Part shown: one piece after another, positions 1 through 8,964 of the stretch
Position numbering within the stretch: the first letter of the stretch is position 1
Layout: each line of letters opens with the position of its first letter
Assembly: GCA_964486335.1 (NCBI GenBank)
Contig: CAZAMB010000005.1
Coordinates: forward strand, 100,008-164,007
From: an uncultured Phycisphaera sp.
GTDB taxonomy: Bacteria; Planctomycetota; Phycisphaerae; UBA1845
Direction: 5' to 3'
Length of the DNA: 64,000 nucleotides
Notes under the pieces: generated by a model
What the model was told of the DNA's origin: nothing
Seen by the model: only the letters and a program-made list of their open reading frames with translations
Databases searched by the model: none
Translations under genes and position numbers: made by a program

Positions 1-514
1 CCCGCAGATCAACCTCGTTGCGGTTCGCCTTCGCCCGATCGAACAGCCCCTTTGCCTTGCCATCGAACAGTATGCGGTATCCCAGCAATCCCTCCGGGGG
101 AAGCGACGCGAGTCTGCGCATGGCGAACCGCCGAGCGGATTCATAGAGACGTCCTCCGTCCCCGGCGCCGTCATGTCGCGGCACCAGCGTTCCCGCTCGG
201 TCATCGAGAACTCGTTGAAGCGAATCAATCGCCAGCTTCCAGTCGCGCCGGGCGATCGCGTCCTCCGCGCGACTCAGCAGATTGACGACCGGCGCCGAAG
301 TTTCGATCAGAATGGGTCCGTCGCCGCGCGCAAGTTCCGGCTCAAACCAGGTTCGAGCATCACCGCGAATGAGATCACCTGCCTCAACCTGGAGGACGGA
401 GGCTTCGCGCCGCTGGGCGACCGTCGAGGAATTCTGAATCGCGATGACGGCGACAATCGCCGACAAGAGCCTAACCAGCCGGAAAAAACTAAACTTTCTT
501 AAAGCGGCAATCAT
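1..514 (-). CDS. Hypothetical N-terminally anchored or secreted protein, 5' part only (gene runs off the left edge)
   Basis: Absent from the ORF track because there is no stop inside the window. Hand translation from the ATG at 514 (minus) gives MIAALRKFSFFRLVRLLSAIVAVIAIQNSS..., a hydrophobic anchor. It is followed by uninterrupted protein-like sequence (...LYESARRFAMRRLASLPPEGLLGYRILFDGKAKGLFDRAK...) down to position 1. Confidence 0.55.
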   Translation of the reverse strand, partial: MIAALRKFSFFRLVRLLSAIVAVIAIQNSSTVAQRREASVLQVEAGDLIRGDARTWFEPELARGDGPILIETSAPVVNLLSRAEDAIARRDWKLAIDSLQRVLDDRAGTLVPRHDGAGDGGRLYESARRFAMRRLASLPPEGLLGYRILFDGKAKGLFDRAKANRNEVDLR

Positions 515-850
515 CAGATGGAGATTCAACAACAGGCTCGAAACCCGGTCGACCACGATTCCCACGAACCGTCATCGCAAGGCGATTCGAACGACTCTTT
601 TACGCTCCAAACGGGTTATCGACCCGACCGAGCCGGGCAAAAACCCGACGGGCAGGCAGGAACTTTCGGCCCCGACTAGCCATCTTATCCGAACGGCCAC
701 GGCGACTCTACCAAACCGGATGGAATCCTGACGATTTGTTACCGGCGAGAGCCGAGGATCGAGCTTCGTAACAACAACGTAACGGACACTTGAATGGAAA
801 ACGCGCAGTCTGCGGAATGACTCTTGAATTGAAGAACTACGACTGCGATC

Positions 851-2275
851 TTACCGCCGACGCTTACGTTTGTCTTTCTTGTTGAGCACCCGTTTGCTCG
901 CGGTGGACCCCTTCTTGAAACTGGGCATGGCGCCGCCGGCCATCATTTTCGAGAACTGCGTGCCCATGCGAATGCGCTGAAGGAACGACTGCCCGCTCAT
1001 CATCTTCATCATCTGCCGCATCGGCTCGAACATCTTGACGAGTTGGCTGACTTCTTGCGGATCGGTACCCGAACCGCGTGCGATCCGCCGACGCCGTGAT
1101 GTGTCGATTATCTTGGGATTCTCGCGTTCTTTCGGCGTCATCGACTGAATCACCGCCTCGAATCTCACCATCTCGTCGTCGTCGATCTCCTCGTCGGGGA
1201 TCATCTCGGCCATGCCGGGGATTTTCTTGACAAGGTCCTTCATCGAACCCATCTGCCGCATCTTGCGAAGCTGGAACAGAAAGTCGTCGAGCGTGAACTT
1301 GCCCGTAGCCATCTTGGCTTCGAGCTTTTCGGCTTCGCCCTGGTCGTATTGCCGCTGAGCCTGCTCGACGAGTGTGAGAATGTCGCCCATGCCCAGAATG
1401 CGGCCCGCGACGCGGTCGGCATGGAACTCCTCGATCGCCTCCATCTTCTCGCCGACGCCGATGAACTTGATCGGTTTGCCGGTAACGCGTTTGACGGAGA
1501 GCGCCGCACCGCCGCGCGTGTCGCTGTCAAACTTGGTGAGAATCACGCCGTCGAGTTCGAGCCGCTCGTTGAACACTTTGGCCGTGTTCACCGCATCCTG
1601 ACCGGTCATCGCGTCGAGGACGAGGTAGACCTGCTGAGGACTGACGGCCTGCGCGACTTTTTGAAGCTCGCCCATCAGGTCTTCGTCGATGGCGAGACGT
1701 CCGGCCGTGTCGAGGATCACCACGTCGCGGTCAGTCTTTCGCGCTTCGGCGATTCCGTTACGGCACACCTTGACGGCGTTCTGGTGGCCGCGCTCGGTGT
1801 ACACCGGCACGCCGACCTGTCCGCCGATGACTTCGAGTTGGTCGATCGCCGCCGGGCGCTTGAGGTCGGCGGCCACGAGCAGCGGACGCTTCGCTCTCCC
1901 GAGCAGCATCTTGGCCATTTTTCCGCAGGTGGTGGTCTTGCCGGAGCCTTGCAGTCCGGCCATCAGCAATACCGTCGGACCGGGAGCGATGAAGGGAATC
2001 TTTGGATCGACCGGGCCCATGAGCCGGACGAGTTCGTCATGGACGATCTTGACCATGACCTCAGCGGGCTTGAGGGTCTTGATGACCTCGGCGCCGATCG
2101 CTTTCTGCTGGACTTCGTCGCAAAACTGCCGGGCGACTTCGAGATTGACGTCGGCTTCGAGCAGCGCGGTGCGAATCTCGCGCATCACCTCGGTGACGTT
2201 GGCTTCGGAGATCTTCCCCCGCCCGCGAAGTCCGCGAAACACGTCGTTGAGCTTGTTTGTCAGGACGTCAAACAT
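851..2275 (-). CDS. ffh: Signal recognition particle protein Ffh
   Basis: 474 aa. The N domain begins MFDVLTNKLNDVFRGLRGRGKISE. GTPase motifs GLQGSGKTTT and DTAGR are present. The methionine-rich M domain (MRQMGSMKDLVKKIPGM) and a basic C-terminal tail follow. Confidence 0.97.
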   Translation of the reverse strand: MFDVLTNKLNDVFRGLRGRGKISEANVTEVMREIRTALLEADVNLEVARQFCDEVQQKAIGAEVIKTLKPAEVMVKIVHDELVRLMGPVDPKIPFIAPGPTVLLMAGLQGSGKTTTCGKMAKMLLGRAKRPLLVAADLKRPAAIDQLEVIGGQVGVPVYTERGHQNAVKVCRNGIAEARKTDRDVVILDTAGRLAIDEDLMGELQKVAQAVSPQQVYLVLDAMTGQDAVNTAKVFNERLELDGVILTKFDSDTRGGAALSVKRVTGKPIKFIGVGEKMEAIEEFHADRVAGRILGMGDILTLVEQAQRQYDQGEAEKLEAKMATGKFTLDDFLFQLRKMRQMGSMKDLVKKIPGMAEMIPDEEIDDDEMVRFEAVIQSMTPKERENPKIIDTSRRRRIARGSGTDPQEVSQLVKMFEPMRQMMKMMSGQSFLQRIRMGTQFSKMMAGGAMPSFKKGSTASKRVLNKKDKRKRRR

Positions 2276-2329
2276 GGCGAGATGTTGTAGGTCGCGCCGA
2301 ACGCGGGGTCAAGCACGGTGACGCGGACG
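2223..2329. repeat. Direct repeat copy 1: first 53 nt of ffh plus ~55 nt upstream
   Basis: Hand alignment with 3106-3218. A 27-nt identical core (ccgcgaagtccgcgaaacacgtcgttg) is present. 49/53 positions are identical over the ffh coding start. The similarity is weaker, with indels, over the upstream part and ends at cgcggacg. Confidence 0.85.
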
Positions 2330-2411
2330 CAACGCTCACGAAATTGTCGTACAAGTTGATACGACGATCTCTGTTCCCTCGCATTCGCTCTGCTTGAGAG
2401 CAGTTGGCAAC

Positions 2412-2576
2412 CTACTTGGGAGATTTGCGCGGATGTTCCTGGCGGTTTCGAAGCTCGTCGGTCCTCTTGCGCCAGAACTCCAATTCCTGTTGCGGCGTCA
2501 TCCCGGCAATCTGGTTTCGCACATGCTCGGCTCCACGACGCTTCATTTCGACGCAATCAAATGTCTTTTTCTTCAT
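2412..2576 (-). CDS. Small charged ORF (54 aa) overlapping the PIN gene 3' end; candidate partner or antitoxin
   Basis: Below the 60-aa cut-off of the ORF track. Hand translation: MKKKTFDCVEMKRRGAEHVRNQIAGMTPQQELEFWRKRTDELRNRQEHPRKSPK, with TAG at 2412-2414. It overlaps the PIN ORF by 20 nt in another frame. Function is inferred from position only. Confidence 0.4.
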   Translation of the reverse strand: MKKKTFDCVEMKRRGAEHVRNQIAGMTPQQELEFWRKRTDELRNRQEHPRKSPK

Positions 2577-3030
2577 ACTCGATGACCTCGCGCGGCGAAT
2601 GAATCGCCAGAGCTGGAAGCCCCCGAAGCGAATTCACCGCATTATAGAGCGGAATCTTGCTGAAGTGAACAATGTGCTGAAAGTTCCAACTGACAATCGT
2701 TGGGCAACGCGAAACGGTCGCGAGTGCCACGTAGAGAGCATCATCGGCCGAGCGCCTGGTCAGAATTCCGGCGTCGAGGTACGCATCTCGCAGCGCAAGT
2801 GCTTCAGCCGTGGTCTCGACTACTCTGGCGAATGCGGCCATTTCCTCGAAAAGCCGCCGAACGTCCGGTGGCGCCGGCTCGATTTCCGCCTGCACCACGC
2901 CGGATGTGACAAGTTCAAACTTCCCGAGCCGAACCTGATCAAAGAAGAGGATGCTCGTCTCGGCGAATTCAGGATCGAATGGACCACCGAAAACCGACGT
3001 ATCCGCATAGATTCGAAGCGGCTCTTTCAA
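2557..3030 (-). CDS. PIN-domain protein (VapC-like toxin family)
   Basis: 157 aa. The N-terminus IYADTSVFGG carries the acidic residue typical of PIN strand 1. The C-terminal SWNFQHIV motif resembles PIN-like toxins I recognise. The start appears to be TTG at 3030, because an in-frame TGA lies at 3037-3039. Confidence 0.75.
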   Translation of the reverse strand: MKEPLRIYADTSVFGGPFDPEFAETSILFFDQVRLGKFELVTSGVVQAEIEPAPPDVRRLFEEMAAFARVVETTAEALALRDAYLDAGILTRRSADDALYVALATVSRCPTIVSWNFQHIVHFSKIPLYNAVNSLRGLPALAIHSPREVIEYEEKDI

Positions 3031-3158
3031 ATGGACTCATCCGGTTTTGAGGGTTCGTTTCTGACCTGCTCCCCCGGTGGGTTGGACCCTTGAGTCAATT
3101 CCCGTCCGCGAAGTCCGCGAAACACGTCGTTGTGTTTGTTTGTCAGGGCGTCGAACAT
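3027..3158 (-). pseudogene. Duplicated ffh 5' remnant forming a 43-codon leader ORF upstream of the PIN gene
   Basis: The ATG at 3158 gives MFDALTNKHNDVFRGLRGR (compare Ffh MFDVLTNKLNDVFRGLRGR). It then diverges to ELTQGSNPPGEQVRNEPSKPDESI and a stop. The stop TGA (3027-3029) overlaps the PIN TTG start (3028-3030) in the string ATTTGA. Confidence 0.6.
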
Positions 3159-3218
3159 TAAGGAATGTTGTACGGCCGCACCGAGCCAATGGTCAAGATG
3201 CTATAGGGGGCGCGGACG
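3106..3218. repeat. Direct repeat copy 2 of the ffh start and upstream region
   Basis: See 2223-2329. The offset is 883 nt and gap-free through the start codon. Confidence 0.85.
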
Positions 3219-3258
3219 AAAATCAGCAGGACACGGTCGCGGTGATTATTCCGGATGA

Positions 3259-4077
3259 TTAATGGTCCGGCGCTTTCAGTTTCGTGACCGCCGGTTCAAA
3301 GGGATTCCCACACTCGGAACACCGATGTTCGGGAAGTCCGAACAGGTCATATCCGCACTTGTTGCAGTGCCCCGGCGGGTAGATCGGGCGATAGCGGTTT
3401 CGAAAAAACACGACCACGGAAATCACGGCGAATGGTACAAGCAAAAAAGGGAACACGGAATAAGAAACGTAATAGAGGGCATCTCGCAGCGTAACGATTC
3501 CGCGAAAAAACGCCAAATGCCACCGCCATGAACTGAGGCACAATCCCAACAACGCAAATGCACTATTCCATGCGACCGATTTGATCGAACGAAGCGGCCA
3601 ACAAAGTATACCGAGTCCCAACGTATAAACTCCAAGAAAGAGACTCGTCAATAGGTACGTATGAATGTCGAGTAAGAGTTGTCCCGCCGCGCCGCTGACG
3701 ACGCGAAATCCGACACCATACAAGAACGCCGCGAGAAGGCGACGTCGCCACAGGAACATCAAGGCCGACCGGGTGAATCTCCCAAGACGCGCAAAGAGGC
3801 GCAGATAAACCGATTCGTCGAACATGCCGGGAAAGTGATTGGAGCGACTCTCGATCCCGCGTCGACGGGCTTCGGCTTGCAAAATGCCGAGTATTTCTTG
3901 CGAAAGATCAGACGGATCGGCCAACCCGCGCACCACGTCGTCGTCGGTTGCATTTCGCCATGCCTCGACGAGTTCGCTTTGACTTTGGTCGCCTATCAAA
4001 GTCTGACCCATTCGGCGTCGGCATCGGTACTTAACGAGGAAGTGCGGCACCGATTCTCTCTTCGTTTGGTACGCCAT
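3259..4077 (-). CDS. Hypothetical multi-pass membrane protein with C-terminal zinc-ribbon
   Basis: 272 aa. Several hydrophobic segments are present. The C-terminus CNKCGYDLFGLPEHRCSECGNPF is a CxxC...CxxC motif. No family recognised. Confidence 0.6.
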   Translation of the reverse strand: MAYQTKRESVPHFLVKYRCRRRMGQTLIGDQSQSELVEAWRNATDDDVVRGLADPSDLSQEILGILQAEARRRGIESRSNHFPGMFDESVYLRLFARLGRFTRSALMFLWRRRLLAAFLYGVGFRVVSGAAGQLLLDIHTYLLTSLFLGVYTLGLGILCWPLRSIKSVAWNSAFALLGLCLSSWRWHLAFFRGIVTLRDALYYVSYSVFPFLLVPFAVISVVVFFRNRYRPIYPPGHCNKCGYDLFGLPEHRCSECGNPFEPAVTKLKAPDH

Positions 4078-4180
4078 CGTTAATGAAAACGTCTATGGCC
4101 ATCTTGAGTTCTCGAAAGACCTGTTGTCGCCCTTGAAGGGAACATGGACAACGCTAGGCGCTACATGATATGATGAATAC

Positions 4181-4450
4181 GTGCGCTCAGCAAAGAAATC
4201 TTCGGACATGGAGTGGATGGTCCGTCTCAAGCTCGAAGCCCTTGATGAGGGCGGCTATCTGGCTACGAGTCCGGATATTCAGGGCCTGCTCGCGCAGGGA
4301 TCCACCATCGCCGAGACCATGGAAATCGCCCGTGACGTGGCTCGGAAGATTATCGAAAGCTGCCTCGCCCACGGCGATCCACTTCCCAAACCCAAGCGAC
4401 GCAAGACCCACTCCCTGCAAGCCGTGGTTCCCGTCACGGTGGTCGCATGA
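4181..4450 (+). CDS. hicB: HicB-family antitoxin
   Basis: 89 aa. The segment YLATSPDIQGLLAQGSTIAETMEIARDVARKIIE matches the HicB/UPF0150 N-terminal fold pattern. It overlaps hicA by 4 nt. The true start may be an internal Met (MEWMVRL). Confidence 0.75.
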   Translation: MRSAKKSSDMEWMVRLKLEALDEGGYLATSPDIQGLLAQGSTIAETMEIARDVARKIIESCLAHGDPLPKPKRRKTHSLQAVVPVTVVA

Positions 4451-4653
4451 CCTATCGCGAACTGGTTCGCAAGCTTCGTGCGGCCGGTTTCCAATTTGAC
4501 CGTTCCGCCGCCGGCAGCCACGAAATCTGGTATCACCCCGTAAAGCGACTTCGCACAACGGTTCCCAACCATCCTGGTGATCTTCCAACGGGTACGCTTC
4601 GCGCCATCATTCGACAGACCGGGCTGACGAAGAGAGAGTTTGAATCGTTGTGA
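4447..4653 (+). CDS. hicA: HicA-family mRNA interferase toxin
   Basis: 68 aa. MTYRELVRKLRAAGFQFDRSAAGSHEIWYHP...VPNHPGDLPTGTLRAIIRQTGL is a typical HicA sequence (dsRBD-like, with the GSH motif). Confidence 0.85.
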   Translation: MTYRELVRKLRAAGFQFDRSAAGSHEIWYHPVKRLRTTVPNHPGDLPTGTLRAIIRQTGLTKREFESL

Positions 4654-4843
4654 TCCTGGTCAAGCGATTGCCGTCAACGCTTACAGCATCTCTCGCAACT
4701 TGCGTTTCGCCAAACCTCGACGAACTTGTCGTGCATTTGTTCGACCATCAATGCCTGACCCAAGCGGCGTCATCATCAGCGCCTGTCGTCCATGGGGCAC
4801 GCCCGGCCAGAGTTGAAATGGCCGACCACGCGCGGAGAAGATT

Positions 4844-5923
4844 CTATTCACAGCGACCGGCTGCGGCGATTCGCTCTTTAAGATCGGCGACTTCGCGTTC
4901 CAGATCCTTGATTCGCTTGATCCACTCCGGCAGCCGAGGAAACACGGCCATGGCCCGCTTGGCTTCGTCGATCGGCATGGCCGGCGATCCGAAAACCTTG
5001 GCACCCGGTTCAATGTTCCCCGAGATGCCCGACTGCGCCGCGACCGTGGCGTCATCACCGATCGACAAGTGGCCGGCAACGCCGACCTGGCCCGCGAGCG
5101 TGACGTGTCGTCCGACGGTCACCGATCCCGCCACGCCGATCAATCCCACGAAAAGGCAATCCGGGCCGACCTTGCTCCCGTGGCCGATGACGATCACGTT
5201 GCCGAACTTGGTTCCGGCGCCGATTTCCGTTTTGCCGAGCGTCGCGCGGTCGATTGTGCAATTCGCACCGATTTCGACATCCTCGCCAATGACCGCGCGG
5301 CCGACCTGCGGAATCTTGACCCACTTCTGTCCATGAGGTGCGTACCCGAGGCCGTCTTCGCCGATAACCGAACCCGCGTGAATGGTCACGCGATGACTGA
5401 TAAGCGATCCGTCGTATACGACGACATTGGGAAACAGCGTGCATCGATGGCCGATGCTCGCGCCTTCGCCGATGTAACATCCCGGGTAGATCGTGCAATC
5501 ATCGCCGATGGACACTCCGGCCTCGATGGTCACGCCGGCGGCAATGTTCGCGTTCTTCCCAACGGTAGCGGTCGGGTCGATGGTCGCTCCCTCGGAGATT
5601 CCCCATCGGGGATGCCGCCGATGGCCGTGCAACGTGATGATGGCAACGGTAATCGCGCCGTAAGGGTCAGCGCACCTTAGCACGGGCAATCCGGGTGGAA
5701 CTTCAACTTTCTCACCCACCACCACCGCCGACGCCTTGGTTACGCCCAGCCGATCGAGGTACTTCGGATTGGCAAGGAAGCTGATTTCGCCTTCACGGGC
5801 ATCGTCGAGCGTGTTGACCGCCGTGATTGTTGTATCCGAACCATCCAACCTGGCGGAAAAACCATTTGCAATGAGCACGTGGCAGAGTTCAGATAATTGC
5901 ATCAGGTTCCCTAGTTGGCCCAA
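4844..5923 (-). CDS. lpxD: UDP-3-O-acylglucosamine N-acyltransferase
   Basis: 359 aa. An N-terminal LpxD-type domain is followed by a long run of hexapeptide repeats (left-handed beta-helix) and a C-terminal helix. Confidence 0.9.
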   Translation of the reverse strand: MGQLGNLMQLSELCHVLIANGFSARLDGSDTTITAVNTLDDAREGEISFLANPKYLDRLGVTKASAVVVGEKVEVPPGLPVLRCADPYGAITVAIITLHGHRRHPRWGISEGATIDPTATVGKNANIAAGVTIEAGVSIGDDCTIYPGCYIGEGASIGHRCTLFPNVVVYDGSLISHRVTIHAGSVIGEDGLGYAPHGQKWVKIPQVGRAVIGEDVEIGANCTIDRATLGKTEIGAGTKFGNVIVIGHGSKVGPDCLFVGLIGVAGSVTVGRHVTLAGQVGVAGHLSIGDDATVAAQSGISGNIEPGAKVFGSPAMPIDEAKRAMAVFPRLPEWIKRIKDLEREVADLKERIAAAGRCE

Positions 5924-6270
5924 ACTTCGCGTTTTATAGGTCGCAAGTCATGCGATCGGCTAATTGTACGGAGTTCGCGCAAATACTGTCAATCTCCAGA
6001 GGAATGGTCATGCGTCCGGAAATGGCGAGCCTGGACATCAGCTGGAAGTCACCGCCCGGCGAAGTTCAGGCAAACAGTGGTAAGACCGTTCCTCACATCC
6101 TATGATGGTTCGTTTGCCGCGAGCCGGGAGAGGTTCGCCGTTTCGGATCAGGGCGTCACAGTCATCGGTTTTGTTCAGTGTGTTCAATTCGACAGGTTAC
6201 GAGTGACGGTTGGGCGTCTGAATCGCTCTTTGTGGGGCGCGGCCCAACGTTTGTCTGAAGGTACATTCGC

Positions 6271-7821
6271 GTGATTTTGTTTTGGATGACTTCGATCGCT
6301 TTCGTTGTTTCCACCTTGGCGCTCGCGCTCTACGGGCTGCACCTTTATGCGCTGCTATACCTTTTTCGACGGCGCGCATCCCAGAAGAACAATGAACAGC
6401 AACGGACGATAGAGACTTACGAAAAAGATCGAAAGCCCGACGATTGGCCGGTCGTCACCACGCAGATTCCGATCTACAACGAAAAAGATGTCATTCATCG
6501 CGTATTGACGGCGGTTGCCGGCATGGACTATCCGCCGGGAAGGCACGAGATTCAGGTACTCGATGACAGCGACGACGACACGAAGTTCATCGTCGACGAT
6601 CTTGTCGCGAGCCTTCGAGCACGCGGCGCGGATATCAAGGTGATTCGCCGCCCAACCCGAATGGCGTACAAGGCCGGAGCGCTCGCGCACGGACTAACGA
6701 CCGCGCGGGGAACGTATGTCGCCGTGTTCGACGCTGATTTTGTTCCGCCCAAGGGATTCCTTCGCACGGCCATTCCGCTGATCGATTCGACGCCGAACCT
6801 TGCCTGCATACAGGGTCGGTGGGCGCACCTCAACCGAGATGAATCCTGGCTGACCGAATCCCAGGCGCTGGGCATTGACGGCCATTTCGCGATTGAGCAG
6901 GGCGCCCGCGCGTGGAACGGACTCATGATGAATTTCAACGGAACCGCCGGCGTATGGCGGAAAGCCGCCATTGACGACCCCAGCGTAGGGGGCTGGAGCG
7001 GGGACACGCTGACGGAGGACCTAGATCTCTCGTATCGCGCTCAGCTGGCCGGCTGGAAACTGGACTATTGCCTGAATCTCCCCTGCCCGGCCGAACTGCC
7101 CAACTCGGTCGGCGCGCTCAAAAGCCAACAGCGCCGCTGGGCGACAGGGTCCATCCAGGTGGCGATCAAGCTGCTGCCGAGAATCTGGCGCGCGCCCGTT
7201 TCGATGGCCGAGAAACTCGAGGCCACGCTGCATCTGACGCATTATTCGGTCGCCGTCTGGATGCTGATCCTGGCGCTGGTCGCGCGCCCGATGCTGCTGG
7301 CGATCGTCGACGCCCGATTGTTCACGCAATGGGCGTGGTTTGCCTGGGGCGCCATTTATTTCTCGGCGTTGGCGCCGTCTCTCGTTTATGTCTACGCCCG
7401 ATACAGTCTCGAAGGCCGATGGTCTGGCATCCGGACCATTCCGGGCATGATGATTCTGGGATGCGGATTCTGTGTCAACAACACGCTGGCGGTCCTTCGC
7501 GGATTGACCTTGCAGGGCGGGGAGTTCGTGCGAACGCCAAAGTCCGGTAGCGTCGGAACAACAGTAAAGCGATCCAGCTATTCAACAATGCAATCCAACA
7601 TGTGGCTCATCGAAATCGGTTTGGGGCTTTATTCGTTCGCTTCCTTTGTAATCTATCTCACGGCGGAATTACGAGCGTTCAGCGTATTCCTTTTGCTCTA
7701 CGCGATCGGACTCACTCTGACCGGATGGCTTTCTCGCCCCGAACGATTCGGAAAGGTCCTTTTGCAAACCGATATCGTCGGAAGTGCGGCGTCCATGCAA
7801 CCCGCCGTCGTGGAGCCATGA
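6271..7821 (+). CDS. Family 2 glycosyltransferase, processive (cellulose-synthase-like) type, membrane-embedded
   Basis: 516 aa. Motifs present: DDSDD, FDADF, TEDLDLS and QQRRWATGS (the D,D,D,QxxRW signature). Transmembrane segments flank the catalytic domain. Confidence 0.85.
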   Translation: MILFWMTSIAFVVSTLALALYGLHLYALLYLFRRRASQKNNEQQRTIETYEKDRKPDDWPVVTTQIPIYNEKDVIHRVLTAVAGMDYPPGRHEIQVLDDSDDDTKFIVDDLVASLRARGADIKVIRRPTRMAYKAGALAHGLTTARGTYVAVFDADFVPPKGFLRTAIPLIDSTPNLACIQGRWAHLNRDESWLTESQALGIDGHFAIEQGARAWNGLMMNFNGTAGVWRKAAIDDPSVGGWSGDTLTEDLDLSYRAQLAGWKLDYCLNLPCPAELPNSVGALKSQQRRWATGSIQVAIKLLPRIWRAPVSMAEKLEATLHLTHYSVAVWMLILALVARPMLLAIVDARLFTQWAWFAWGAIYFSALAPSLVYVYARYSLEGRWSGIRTIPGMMILGCGFCVNNTLAVLRGLTLQGGEFVRTPKSGSVGTTVKRSSYSTMQSNMWLIEIGLGLYSFASFVIYLTAELRAFSVFLLLYAIGLTLTGWLSRPERFGKVLLQTDIVGSAASMQPAVVEP

Positions 7822-7854
7822 TCGGCAGATCGTCGATTCAGTTCGGAAATATCG

Positions 7855-8964
7855 TTAGTCTTTTTCGGAAGCCTGGATTGGTACGGGGAAGTTCTTTCGC
7901 AACAATCCGGACGGCGCCTGTCCGACCGTAACATAGCCGTCTCTTTCGATCTTCCCCAGAATCGCGTTGAGACTGGCCATGGCGTCGCTGAATCGCTGGA
8001 GAGAAAGGACGGCGGCTTCGTAAAGGCGGGGATCGCGGACAAGAAGTCCCGCCGTTCCCTTTCCTTCTTCCACCTGTCGAAGCGTGCTCGCGAGGCTCCG
8101 GGTTCCATTGTCAAGATTGTCGAGCACCTGGTTGAGCTTTCCAAAGGAACGGTCGAGGTTGGCTTCCGTCGTGTCAATCCCTGTGTTGAGATTGTCGGAA
8201 AGCCTCTGGGTCTGCGATCTCCACAGTTCCATCGTTTCCTTCAATGTTTCCGCGGACGCCTTCAGGTCATGCACGACGCCCTTCACGTCGCCTTGCACAT
8301 TCACATCACCGAGCACGACATTGAGATTGGCTACAAGCTGGTCGATTCGCTCGACGACGGTCGAAAGGTTCGGCGTTGTGGTCGCCCCGGGTTGTTCCAC
8401 CTCGGCAACCGTCCGCCGTTCAAGCAGGCGATTCATGTTGCGAGCCACCGGCGTCGCCTCGCCCGCGAGGTCTCCGATGTTGTTGATCATTCGCTGGACG
8501 GAATCCACCATATCGCGCGTGATGAACTCTCCGATCATGCTGCGCATTTCGCCGTGGATCTGCGCATCTTCCTTGGGAAGCAGCTTTCGATCGCCGCCCG
8601 GTTCAACGAAGATCTCCACCCGACCGACACCGAAGCCGAGCGTCGCGCCGTACAAGCGGGCGACCGCGCCCTGCGGAATCGAATACTGCGACTTGATCCC
8701 GGCCACCACGACGACGCCGAGATCAGGCCGCTCCGGATCGCCGAATTGAAGATCCTTGACGCGTCCGATTTCAACCCCGTTGAGCTGGATTGGCGTGCCT
8801 TGCGAGATGCCCCGCAATTCGCGCGCGCCGGTGATTTCCAGTCGCCACTCGTTGCCGCCCAGCCACTCCGGCGTTTCACCGAACCACGCCATCAATGTCG
8901 CCAGCACGATGAGCGACGCCGCCACGAATGTCCCCACGGCCATGTTGCGCTTGGTTTCAGTCAT
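7855..8964 (-). CDS. mlaD: MCE/MlaD-family protein
   Basis: 369 aa. An N-terminal transmembrane segment is followed by an MCE domain (GISQGTPIQLNGVEIGRVKDL). It is last in the operon with the ABC ATPase and permease. Confidence 0.85.
   Translation of the reverse strand: MTETKRNMAVGTFVAASLIVLATLMAWFGETPEWLGGNEWRLEITGARELRGISQGTPIQLNGVEIGRVKDLQFGDPERPDLGVVVVAGIKSQYSIPQGAVARLYGATLGFGVGRVEIFVEPGGDRKLLPKEDAQIHGEMRSMIGEFITRDMVDSVQRMINNIGDLAGEATPVARNMNRLLERRTVAEVEQPGATTTPNLSTVVERIDQLVANLNVVLGDVNVQGDVKGVVHDLKASAETLKETMELWRSQTQRLSDNLNTGIDTTEANLDRSFGKLNQVLDNLDNGTRSLASTLRQVEEGKGTAGLLVRDPRLYEAAVLSLQRFSDAMASLNAILGKIERDGYVTVGQAPSGLLRKNFPVPIQASEKD

Noticed and set aside
1349-2290. Long antisense or alternative-frame ORFs. 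Examples: 1349..2290, 20727..21479, 30171..30821, 36234..37127, 38106..38894, 39025..39762, 58699..59343, 61050..62357, 62374..63456
   Set aside because: Each is fully contained within, or opposite to, a gene with clear family motifs. Each has the Arg/Gly/Pro/Ala-biased composition of GC-rich shadow ORFs.
2347-2366. Inverted repeat GTCGTA-N8-TACGAC between the small ORF and the ffh upstream copy
   Set aside because: The stem is short (6 bp) with no T-tract. It could be a cassette boundary or chance, and the evidence is insufficient.
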